64,000 bases of DNA from Octopus vulgaris (Eukaryota). Each line of letters begins with the position of its first letter. The first letter of the stretch is position 1. A program made the position numbers and the translations under genes. A model generated the notes under the pieces. It was not told the DNA's origin and searched no databases. It saw only the letters and a list, made by a program, of their open reading frames with translations. The DNA lies in NCBI GenBank assembly GCA_951406725.2, contig OX597817.1, positions 121,644,001 through 121,708,000 of the forward strand. Direction: 5' to 3'. This document shows positions 1 to 12,036 of this stretch, piece after piece.

Positions 1-3000
1 ATAAATATTGATTATTGTTTTGTCCAACTCCCAATCTTCAAACAAAGTTGGCGCCATTTCATTCCAATATTGTATATGTTAACAATAAAAATAAATGAGA
101 GAGAAAAACCGAATGCATCAACTTACAATTTTTATATTTACGTGTTGGCAGAATATTGATTGACAAATTTTTCTATGGTGTTGGAATTGAAATATAGGTT
201 TTACGGCGGTCCATTTACTTAACACGAAATATCAATATGGTTATAAAAGAGAACGCTCTTAAAGTAAATTTTTACTAGTTTCATCTCTCTTGCCCCCAAA
301 TTAAACGTTTTCGACTTTCTAAATTATATGTTGTTTTATACTTTCAATAGTATGCTGTCCATAAATTTGAAATTTTCCTTTTCAGCTTCAAGGTGCAATT
401 TTTCTAATATTTACTTTCATCTCCATCCATTAATGCCTGGAAAGGTATTCATAATAATCATAGCAACAAGTCATTGCATTTTGAAAAGCGCCATCGTCGT
501 TATTTTGAAAGAGACTTCAAAAACAAAAGCAATTTTATTTTCAGTATGCTAAGTTCAAGGGACAAAATAGATGATCACCTTTACAGTTGATTGAATTATC
601 AACATGAAGTTTATAAAACGCTTAACGAATCATCATAAACTCTCATTAGTTGAACAATTTATTCAGTTTCATAAGTCAGCTTTATAAACATATAAGTATG
701 AAAATATAACACTTGAAAAATTTTTAATATTTATTATTGAATCATTAGACAAACTTTGTTTAGTAAACATTATGTTACATTGAACACGTTCCAATATTTC
801 CTTAGATGATTGATATAACTTTACTTCAGAGTAATCGCTCTAATTGACACGCTGCTTACTGCAAATAGTCCTTAATTTTTTATATATAACTTTTAAATCG
901 TTCATTAATAAATACATTTAAATGAAGGCAACTCTGTAAACTTTCACTGTCGTGATGTGTCGTTATAAACATTATAAGTTTTTGACACTGACATTCTCAT
1001 TCACCTAATCAGTATAAGTATGAAGGATTAGAAGAAGTTAAGGATTGAATACAACTTGCTATATATAATAGTCTGGCATTAATGAACAGCTTCAGTGAGA
1101 TTGCAAACAAAAGTGTTATTTAGTAAAAGCGCTACAGATCCTGTTTATATCCCGAAAGCATTGATTTAATATCTATGTTCAGTCACCATTTGTATGAAAA
1201 ATACATAGAGTTTGGTTTGATACTTTACACAACTCAAAGATAAAAATATTTCGTTAAAAAAATTCAATCTCTAGAACTACTAAATAGTAACTGAACTAAA
1301 TTTTAAAGACTTAGATTAAAAATTATTACATTTTCATAGGGAGAAAGAAGTACGAGTATCTGGATATTTCCGATCTATTGGTTTCATTTTGTGATTTTAT
1401 TTTATCGTGGAAGATCTGTATGAAACGTTGGAGATTCATAATGATTCCGTGACACCCTGTAGTAGAAGCAAATTCGTGTCCGTAGTATTATAATAAGGAA
1501 ACACTTTTACTATACAAACACGTCGGTAATAGTCATGCGAAGCGAATTATTAATGTTGTAACAACACGTTTACCCTAGCAGATCTCAAAGATTTTATGGA
1601 TGTGTATTCAAGCGTAGTCAATTCTTTTCGCTGAAACCTCCAATGTCACGAGACAATTTAGGATTGTTATAGTTGATATATAAGTAAAATAATGGCCTGG
1701 CATGCATAGGAACATGGAAATAATATGACAGAAAATGATTACATGAAATACAAAAACGCTATTAATTGGGTTTATTAGATCGAAATCTATATAGCCTATT
1801 CCGATATAACAAAATACTAGAAAATATTTTTGTATATATGAAATAATTTAATGATACTGTAACATCAGCTGGAAATAATGGCTTTTGATAATTTATTTGT
1901 AAGAATGTATATTGTTTGAAAGGGAACGTGAAAATGGCAATGCTTGCAACTATTTCTTATAATATGGGTAGCATGTTCTAGACTGGATGGCAGCACACAC
2001 AAATATCCGGAAAATTCATTTTAGTTTATAAGGCAGAAATTTATAAAAGAAACACATTCAACCTTATTTGATGAATTCAAGCAAAAGGAAACAAATACAC
2101 GTCTGAAATATTTTGTTATGATATTTTGCTGGCTCAAAAGCAATAGGAATTTCTTAGTACTCATATTATGAATATAGGCTTCAGATGATTACTAAGAAAT
2201 ATTTCAGTGAAAATTTAGTAGTGAAATAAAGGTGATTATCATGATGTTGTTCTTGCATATTTCTTCCTAAATAAGTTCATAATACACATTCAAGACATGC
2301 ATAATACAAAAAAATGTGTGATAACTACTGGATACAAAAAATACCATATTATATAAAGGATAGATCAAGTGATTTCAATTCTGTTAACTGCAATGAGTTT
2401 TTATGTATTTCCAACATCGTATCGTTGTTAAATATGATGCATTCAGCACAAAGAAAAAAAGTGTGCAATAAATGTTAGAGTCTAATAGAATATATATTTA
2501 ATCATTGGTCCAAGGGAAATGATAGCTTACATATAATAGAACACCATAAACCCCAGCCACGAGAGATATAACTGTTGAAAAAATTAGTTCGATTATTTTA
2601 TACAGAATATGTATATACATATGCTAGAATCGTTCTACTTCCTTTCAATATTGAAATTTTTTGCATGTCAGTAATCTAAGTGCCAGCCAACGATCGAGGT
2701 AGACTGACTCTACTAGTGTTTTATATATCCTTTCTAACAATATCATTAGGAATACGAAAAGAGAAAGGTCAAATCCCCTCTAAAATTGCTCTGACTGCCG
2801 ACTGATTAACCGTAGTAAACTTAATCCTATTAATACTAAATGAATGTCAATGTTTTGCTACTCTGCACTCATTATTTATTAATGTAATATAAATGTGACA
2901 TAAACAGGAGCACGCAAAGATAAACAGGAATCGAAGTTGCATAAATAGCCATTAATTGTAGAGTATGATTACACATAATTGAATGTTTAAAACTAATAGT

Positions 3001-3815
3001 ACGCTTTCAAGAGTAATAATACGATTTGAAATCTTGCAATTTAGTTGAAGGAATTCTTATACTTCTCAAAATATACCATAATAACGCATGAAACTAAAGG
3101 TGACATAGATTTTGTGCTGGTGATGTAAATAAATGAAATTGGAAGTAACATAAAAAGTTAATAAAAATAATTGTCATAGGGAATTAATACAACAAAAATT
3201 AGTTTCTGATAATGTATATAGATTTATGTAAGATATTTAAAATAAACCATGCAATTGAACTGAATTTTGTGGGGTATGCATCCCTGGTATTTTAGCAGTC
3301 ATTTTATAAACTATATAAAGTTGATATATGATCTACCACGTATTTATATATTACGAATTTATAATCATAATGCATTGCACTTAGCTCGCCAAAGTATTTG
3401 TAATGACAACATATATAGGAATACTTAATATAACAAAGGATATTGTCTTGGTTAGCGTTTATATTAGCAACGGGCAAAAAAAAAAATACCCTTTTGAACA
3501 CCTATGGATGCTGAATGTGATAATCTGGCTATGTTGTTTCATGTGAATTTAGAAAATCAATTTATATTATCTATATCTGGAATAGGACCTAAATCTCCTG
3601 GAATAGACTGGCATCCAATCGAATGCGATATTTATCTCACATCCACTTGATGTCATGTAACTTGTGTTAAAAGGCGCTGTTAGGAGAAGAGCCAATTGAA
3701 GCTACTGGAAACATGACTGATCTCTAAGCGATTGTCTTCTATCATATTAAAAATGTTGTATAATATATAAATACGCACAAACAGGCACACAAACATATCT
3801 ATCTATCTGTCTATC

Positions 3816-3985
<170 letters not shown>

Positions 3986-4730
3986 CAGATGCGCACACAA
4001 CATTAATCTAATTACTTGCTTCTACTTGATCACATAAGGCATGTAAAAATTTGATAAGGATCCTTCAATTGCAAGCTTGTTATGTTTACAATGATATCAT
4101 TTGTTTCAATAATTTCGAAATGCATTAAGTAGGAAGCATTTGAAACTCGACGATAGAATGGATGGGGAGATTAGACAAATAGTTTCTATTTATATATTTT
4201 TTAAAAAATGCCCCCCATTAAACAATAATCAATACTCACTGTATGGTATCTTTTTCTATCAATGAAGGCTTGGGCGTTACAAATGATTTAACAGACTGAT
4301 ACTGATTTCGTTTGCTGTTGTAGATCGTGTGCTAATTTACTTTAAAGTGACATACGTAGACTTCACTATATAGACTTGATCTCAACTACAAAGCGAATAA
4401 ATATTTCCCGTATTCTAAAATTGAAATCGAGCAGTTTATCTTAATCTCATGAATACATCCTTGTCAAAGAAAACCCACTCATCGCTTTCTGAAAAACTAT
4501 TTCCCATTTGGTAATCTTTTTTTCATGTATATCCGTATATCCGTTATCTACAATACAACTGAAATTTCCTAATTTGAAAACGAGTATTACACTATTTTGA
4601 GTAGCATAAAAAAAAAAGAAACTCTTGCTCATTCCAGAATGATAATTTTTTATCAGAAGTTAAAGAGTCGTGTATTAGTTCCCAAGATATATTTATTTTA
4701 GATTCACTTCATCATTTAAATTTAATTTGT

Positions 4731-4775
4731 GTCAAAATATTTTCGTTGCCTAGGAACCGCGATCTGTTCACAGAC
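4731..4775 (-). ncRNA. Minimal type I hammerhead-like motif, G3-C8 core variant (left arm)
   Basis: Minus strand: gtct-GUGAACA-gatcgc...gcaac-GAAA-AUAU-UU-ugac; stem III palindrome AAAAUAUUUU. Confidence 0.55.
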
Positions 4776-4806
4776 AGAACTTCGTGCTGCATCTCAGTGA
4801 AATTTT

Positions 4807-4851
4807 GTCAGTGAAGAGGTCGCGGTTTCAAATCAACGAAAATATTTTGAC
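4807..4851 (+). ncRNA. Minimal type I hammerhead-like motif (right arm, degenerate)
   Basis: gtca-GUGAAGA-ggtcgc...tcaac-GAAA-AUAU-UU-tgac; stem I gtca/tgac is intact. Confidence 0.55.
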
Positions 4852-5944
4852 TCAAATTAAATTTAAATGTTGAAGTGAATCTAACGGTTTTTGTGTGTTT
4901 TTAAATGGCTTATAAATATCTTCCACGCTGCTAATGTTTGTATTTCAGCACACAATCTCAGATCAAGTCACTTGCTATGTAAGTTGATCTTCGTAATATA
5001 TTTATTTTGCCTTGTACCAATTCTGCCTTATATCCATTCTCGATATCAAAGCTATTCATAAATGTAAATGTGATGCATTAAACTCACTTCTTATGATAAT
5101 ATCTCAGTGTCACTGTCTGATTCAGAGATCAAAAATTTTCCTTACCTATGTTACTATTGATTAAATGATAATACGAGATACCTAGGAGTTTTTTAATTAC
5201 TTCTTGTTATCATTATTTCGCATAATGAAACATATGTAGATTTACCCACTGTAAATAACAAATATTTGATTAACCGAAAGCTAAAACATTATAGCCGAAA
5301 ACATCATATTTGTCACCAATCTTTAAATACATAGACTACAAATTTAAATTGGTAAAAGGCTACGCGTCGATTACAGAGAAAATTTGCAGTGAATTAAATA
5401 GACTTCAGTACATGATTTGGTACCAAAAGTATGCTACTGTGTAGTAGCCATGTTTATATTCTTGATAAATGAGTAAACGTTATTCCCAATTTATAAAGTA
5501 TGAAATACGGTAAGACTTTCAACATACTTCTGCTACATATACAGCAATTGCTTTCTATTCGTTGATTCTCTTCGATTTCACCAGTTCATCAATAAAATAT
5601 CGAACACATTTATTTATAGCTTGATATGAAATTTGATTTGTATGCGCAATGCAGCGTACATTAATCATGGACTTTTATGATAGATTTCTGAGATACTAGT
5701 TTCTAAGTGTAACTCATAAACACGATACAGTATTTAGGTCTATTTTATATCTATAAAAGTGTAAAATACTCTGAATCGTGTAAAAGTTTGAAATTTTGAG
5801 AATTTTAGGTCATTTGCTACAAAGTTGAAACTAAGTTTTTTTTATTTTTTCCCTAACACAACTAGAACATATTGGTTGTTAATAAAAGTTGAAAGACGGA
5901 AATAGAGCGTAAATTCACGACAGATACATATATATGAATATATG

Positions 5945-5989
<45 letters not shown>

Positions 5990-6004
5990 GTATTATTTAT
6001 ATGA

Positions 6005-6460
6005 CCAATTCTAAATTCTATTGAATTTTACTCATAAAGTATTGGAATATTATATGTATACCATTCAGCCTAAAAGGACACTTTAATCACAACATTGGAT
6101 TCAATAACACTGTGTATAAACTCTACTCTTGGAACGAACAATTTTAAATTCTATTGGATTTTACTCATAAGGTATTGGAATATTATATATATACCATTAT
6201 GGGTAAAAAATTGGATTTACAAATGGATCTACAAATGCAATATCCATACATATCTCACATATATTTTCTTTTAATTCATCCACCTCACTCTCTATTTTAT
6301 ATCTTATCTAAATTAACTATTTCTTAAGCTTCCTCTCACACCGTCGCCGATGGAGCGATATAATAAAAATCCTGGAAACAGCTGTAAGACCTATCTTTAA
6401 ATGTTCTAAAATACACACAGCCTTGGATATTTTATCTCATTACGAAATAAAAATTTTATC
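6005..6460 (+). mobile_element. Decayed PLE-like pseudo-LTR with degenerate hammerhead
   Basis: About 54-bp direct repeat at 6012-6065 and 6145-6198. At 6343-6390: gtcg-CCGAUGG-agcgat..atcctg-GAAAC-agcu-GUA-agac, with palindromic stem III ACAGCUGU. Flanked by TA runs. Confidence 0.5.
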
Positions 6461-7924
6461 TGTGTATATATATATATACACGCATGTATGTTTGAAAAAT
6501 TTTACAAAACTTAGAAGTTCAAGGTAACTCATTCTGATGAGTTTATTACTACAAAATGTTCATATATACAAATTGTGATACTAATTGGAATTTTATTTAC
6601 TGGAGTTAAAAAGTGTTTAAATAGAAGCACACCACGAATAAAAATTTCTAAAAATTGTAATTAAATCATTGTAGAAAAATGGGAATATATTAGGATACAA
6701 GTATATAAATGACATTCACTTGAGAAAAGAAACCCTTGTTTACATTTGAAAGAGGAAGTAGATACTTTGAGAAGTACAGTTTGTCAAATGTTTCTATGTA
6801 GATGTGACTGTGTCCATGAGAGTGTTTGTTCTTGTATGAAGTGGTTGTAAATGTGTATATTTTGGAAAAATTAAAGTCTTGGCCAAGCTCTTAGTAGGTC
6901 CGTCTTCGTAGCATTACTGGTCTCAGAGTAAATCAGTGCTCTGGATCCTATATTTTAAAGTATTTACTTGTGAAGCAAGCCACAGAAGACCCAGACCAGC
7001 ATTGGACCTTTAAACTCATGAAGATCCTCGGAAATTACACAGTGTGTCCATGAATTTTAACAGCACTCGGTCTCAACAATATGTAAAAATGATATCAAAT
7101 TGTTTGTCTTCAAGATACGTATTCCTTCTATTTTGTTGTATAACAGTAGAATAGGAATTATAGTCTAAACGTGTTAAACAGAGTATTTTCAATAAATGTG
7201 TATTCATTAAATTTTGCATTTATCTTGGAAAGTCTATGTTAGGTATGCACAAGAAAGAAATTAATTTTGTATGTATTGAAATTCTCTTTCGTTGTTAACT
7301 ATTAATCTTGTTTGAAAGAAGAAAATATTAAAAAAACGTTCATGGAGAATTATGCTCTAGGTATAGAAACCCCACTCACAAATCAAAGTTAAGAGTACTT
7401 GACTTTAATACAAAAATAACTTAGGTTAACAGAGACAGAAAAATGAAAATTAAGGAAAAGTAAAAGAAACTCAATACCGTCATGCAGGAAACATGCCAAG
7501 TTGAAACTGAAAAATAATTGTCTATTAAATATTGATAATCCTTTCAAATGTTCCTAAGGTTCGCAAGTTTGGCCTCAATGTTATCTGATCCAAATCAAGC
7601 TAATAATAGGTTACCGCCTCCTACAAGAAAATATCTACCAATCATGTATCAAGCACATCATTATTGGTGGTCTGATGAGACACGTTTATATACAATGTCA
7701 ATTGTTATGATGCCGCATTCCATTTGACGTAGAGATATGAATGTAAGAGCTGTGGCTAAAGCTATGCACAATTATTTGGGCGAGAAATTATGCACACTTT
7801 GCTATTCAGTAACAAGGAAGAATAAAAGAAAAAAGAAATCACGATTCAGCTGAGTTCTATTTTGTACTCACATATGCACAGATATTCATATTATATATGA
7901 ATAGATACTGACAGAGACACACAC

Positions 7925-8137
<213 letters not shown>

Positions 8138-8974
8138 TCAATATGATTCAATACCAACACAATATTCATAAATGAATTCTACTGTTGTTAATTAATGTTT
8201 TATGTTACTTTTCTTTATCTTGGCAGTTACGTCACATACAGATTTTTGTTCCTTTTGATTAGTGTACCCGAGAAGACTAAATTAGATTCGAAACACCTAT
8301 ATGTATATGAGATAGTCATTAAAAATAGAAGCCAAACGTACTACTCTATAGTGGGTTAACTGTTGTTTCTTTTGTGCAAAAAGCACTCGTGAGTTATTAT
8401 CTCTAAAGGAATTTATTTCTATGAAACAAACTGTGCACGGTTATGTACATTTACTAGATGGTTATTCCGCATTTATTTCTGCAAGTAACACGCATATATG
8501 TATGTATGTGTGTGTGCGTGCGTATGTGTGTTGTGAGCTTGTCTGTGCAAGTGTGAATGCTTGCTTGTGTGTATGTACGTTTGTGCCTGTATAATGGTAG
8601 ATGAAATATAGAGTATTTGAAATAGTCTTCAAAGGAATCAATATCGATGTTTGGACAACGATTAATGGTATCTGCAGATTGCCATAAATCTTTACTTTGA
8701 AAAGTCTATTGTAAAAAAAGTTTCACTTCAGCATTAAATCCTTTCCCAGTTTGAAGTAATAACACAGTGTGTATGAATAAATTAAATGGTGCATATCAAA
8801 TGTTAATAAAGAAATGAATATCATCTCAAGGTTGATTATTTTATTTGTAGAATTGATGTTGCATATATGTTGATTGGTCGGGTAATACAGATTCATAAAT
8901 GCTAATTTCATGGATTGAAACAAGCGTGGTAATCATTTTATCGTTTCTACACAGCTTGGCTGCAGACACGACCG

Positions 8975-9140
8975 CGTGATTAAATGGACACTATGTGGTT
9001 TAAAAGTTAGCTTCACAGCTGCCTAGTTTCGAATTCAATCTTTCTGAGTGGCTCTTTTGGAGAAGTGTCTTCTACGATATCCTAAATTCACCCAAATCTT
9101 AAGAGTGATATTTGCAAGAAGCAAACTGTTTGGAAGACCA
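8975..9140 (+). mobile_element. Highly decayed tRNA-derived SINE (same family as 21008)
   Basis: tgtggtttaaaagttagcttcacagc...tttcgaattcaatc...agaagtgtcttctacgatatc aligns loosely with the copies at 21008, 41020 and 48518. Confidence 0.5.
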
Positions 9141-10048
9141 TTTTTAATTTTAAGTGTCAATCAGTCATGATACAATTTAACACATCTAACAGCAGAGTCC
9201 AAACATCGGGCCACATTACAGTTCTGAGTTTAACTGTTTAGCTTCCTCTTCGCATCAGTCTCTATAGTCTTGGAAAAGGCCACAGGCACCGCCTTATCTC
9301 CTCTTTCTTTCATTAAGCCATACGAAAATGACTAGCATCTTTTAATGTTTACAATAAGTCTCATAATTAAACTAAAGTTTAATTAATGTTTAAAAGTAAT
9401 ACCTACACTGTCTCGTTCCACATAACAGTCTCTTACTTTATATTTAACCAAATATAAGATATATATCTAGTCGTTCAGTCTAAAACAGATTTATTATATT
9501 ATCTGAAGAGTATTAGAATATAGATAATTGAATGGTCTCAACTGTACGATAGCTATATATTTTATTGACCCAGGGAAAGTGTCCAAATCAGTATCGGGTA
9601 TAAATTAACTTAATTTGATTAAAGACGTGTAAAATTACTTTAATTTGATTAATTACAAATTATATATACAATTATGTAAGACATTTACTTATTCAGCTGT
9701 CTAATATTAACAATGAACTAACACTGTTTTCTTTATTTTTCAAAACATAAAGAAGTTTCGAGTTTTGCTTTTCATTTGTGTAGCACTATGGTAAAGATAA
9801 AGTCTCTGCTACGAAGAGCTATTAGAATTCTTCCATGATTCTTAGATTTACTAGAAATTGTAACAACTGAAACCATCCTCAAATTTCACCCTACCGCCTT
9901 AAATAAAGAACAATACAATCACCTAAATAAAAATATGGGATGTTCACCGCTGACAGAGAGTTAAGTCGCAATAAAAACAACCGATTGATGTCTTGCAAAC
10001 AACTTGCACATGCAAGTGCTACCAGTTAAAAGCTCCATATACCGGAAG

Positions 10049-10160
10049 CTAGCAAGTGTATGGGGTCATCAGGAGAGAATGCGCGCCGTTTCGGAGCCTA
10101 CCTCTCGACAGCATCAATGCGCACCGGCCCCCCTCACTGATATGAGGCCCCGCTTGCTAG
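10049..10160 (-). ncRNA. Candidate non-circularly permuted (pseudoknotted) hammerhead ribozyme in the LINE 3' UTR
   Basis: Minus-strand order is GCUGUC|GAGAG, then GAAACGGC, then CUCUC-CUGAUGA. Stem I GAGAG/CUCUC, stem III ACGGC/GCUGU, closing helix CUAGCAAG/CUUGCUAG. Confidence 0.7.
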
Positions 10161-10180
10161 ATCAGCTGGTTATGAAGAAC

Positions 10181-10941
10181 TCAATGTACTTCTAGCCATC
10201 GCTCATCGTCTCTTTTTAACCAAATCCAGTGGCTAGCCTTCTCCACTGTAGATTGGTTATCAGTCATGGTAGTATTGACTTTACGATGAGTTAGGCCTAG
10301 CGATAACAACAGTCGTCTCACTCTGTGTCCAACAAACCCTCTACATCCGACTTCGATAGGAAAATGTTTCGCTTTCCAGCCTGCGTCTTCACATTCCTCG
10401 AGGAGGTTTTCATAACGGTTCAATTTTCAAGCCCGAGCGGCGTCCATATTATCTTCATGATAGCTCGACTAACTGTTAGCTCGACTATATTTACAAATTT
10501 CTTTCTTTCACACCACATCAAAATATCTGGTTTTTTCGTAACTGGGATGGGAAAGAAAACCTGGCACCCAGGTAAATTTGCAGTTACCTCCCAATAGCCG
10601 TTCCACTTTTCATTTTTCTCAGGAAGTTTCTTGATCTTCTTCTTGAAAAGGATCCGCTGACCTGGTTGCACGAAGGTAATGAAATCTCTTGATGGTACTT
10701 TCAACGGTTTTTTCTCAGTGTTGTTGAGATGAATTTGGTTCTTTATAGCATTGAAGATAACCTTAAGGACCAAGTTGTGCCTCCATGTATACCTGTTCAA
10801 TGCTAATGAACAGTTGGAAAGAATATGTTTTAGTGTACCGACCTTTACACATTTGCAAATATCATTCTCTAAGACGTTCCATCTTACTAGATTCGTAGGT
10901 GATGGCAAATGCCTGGTATTCAAGGAAGATGATGCGCTCAC
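10181..10941 (-). pseudogene. C-terminal zinc knuckle plus REL endonuclease of a HERO-like ORF, frameshifted
   Basis: ORFs 10420-10941 and 10181-10423. Frameshift at a duplicated TAGCTCGACTA (10461-10487) plus a premature stop near 10430. Confidence 0.88.
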
Positions 10942-11461
10942 TTTTCAGATTGTCACTTGTCTTGCCCTCATTATTGTCAATTATTCTTTTTGTTTTTCTC
11001 CATATTAGCAGTTTGTAAATTTCCCATCTCACATTTTAAAAACTTTTTTGAAATGTTCCTTCTGTTAACATGTTGACACTACTTTAAATGAAATCCAAAC
11101 AACCACCCACCCGCCCACATACACACACACATGCACACAAAAACAGACGCAAGTATGCACGCACACACACACACACTTACACACACAAACTATATATACT
11201 TCTATAACGCAGAAAAACTTTGTGAAATATTTTCAGACCCTGGGCATTTCTCCCTCTTCTGTATATGCATCTGTATGTGTGTGCACACATGTTTGTGTAT
11301 GTATGAGTATGAGTGTCCATACATATATATGGACACTCACATCTTAGAATCCTCATAAATACAAAACTCCAAAAGAAAATTAATGAAACATCGGGGAACC
11401 TATTCCGGAGATAGTTAGCAACAGACATTTATATATTATCGACAATATTATCATTTCATGA

Positions 11462-12036
11462 AGACGGCGAGCTGGCAGAAACGTTAGCACGTCGGGCGAA
11501 ATGCTTACCAGTATTTCGACTGCCGTACGTTCTGAGTTCAAATTCCGCCGAGGTCGACTTGGCCTTTCATCCCTTCGGGGTCGATAAATTAAGTACCAGT
11601 TACGCACTGGGGTCGATATAATCGACTTAATCCGTCTGTCTGTTCTTGTTTGTCCCTTCTGTGTTTAGCACCTTGTGGGTAGTAAAGAAATAGGTATTTC
11701 GTCTGTCGTTACGTTCTGAGTTCAAATTCCGCCGAGGTCGACTTTGCCTTACATTCTTTCGAGGTCGATAAATTAAGTACCAGTTACGCACTGGGGTCGA
11801 TGTTATCGACTTAATCCGTCTGTCTGTCCTTGTTTGTCCCTTCTGTGTTTCGCACCTTGTGGGTAGTAAAGAAATAGGTATTTCGTCTGTCTTTATGTTC
11901 TGAGTTCAAATTCCGCCGAGGTCGACTCTGCTTTCATCCTTTCGGGGTCAACGAAATTAAGCACTAGTTGCGTACTGGGGTCGATGTAATCAACTGGTCC
12001 CCTTCCCCAAAATGTTGGGCCTTGTGAATAGAAAAG
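11462..12036 (+). mobile_element. tRNA-derived SINE, tandem trimer (Meta/MESC-like central domain)
   Basis: A-box-like GAGCTGGCAGAA and B box GAGTTCAAATTCC (x3). Conserved GCCTTTCATCC..GGGGTCGATAAATTAAGTACCAG block. Period 184 bp (11691, 11875). Confidence 0.88.

Larger units (their letters stand above)
4700..4995. mobile_element. Fold-back non-autonomous element (Penelope-type inverted pseudo-LTR insertion) with 13-bp TSD
   Basis: Inverted arms 4698-4783 and 4799-4884. The right arm continues about 110 bp further. Direct repeat ATATATTTATTTT at 4687-4699 and 4996-5008. Both arms hold a hammerhead-like motif. Confidence 0.8.
10010..10941 (-). mobile_element. 5'-truncated non-LTR retrotransposon, HERO-like (R2 group, restriction-like endonuclease)
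   Basis: LPSPTNLVRW, C-x-C...LKHILSNC, RYTWRHN, KPDI, IVELTV, PIEVGCRGF and SHWIWLKR motifs, followed by a GC-rich structured 3' UTR. Confidence 0.88.

Noticed and set aside
6534-6560. CTGATGAG
   Set aside because: No convincing stem II or GAAA; expected by chance.
7672-7705. CTGATGA-GACA...TGTC
   Set aside because: A short stem II is possible but AATT follows instead of GAAA, and there is no stem I or III.
8262-8305. CCGAGAA-gactaa/ttaga-GAAAC motif
   Set aside because: Too degenerate to call a hammerhead without a family alignment.
11462-12036. Regular repeats resembling a CRISPR array
   Set aside because: Whole 184-bp units repeat with no unique spacers; they are SINE copies in eukaryotic DNA.
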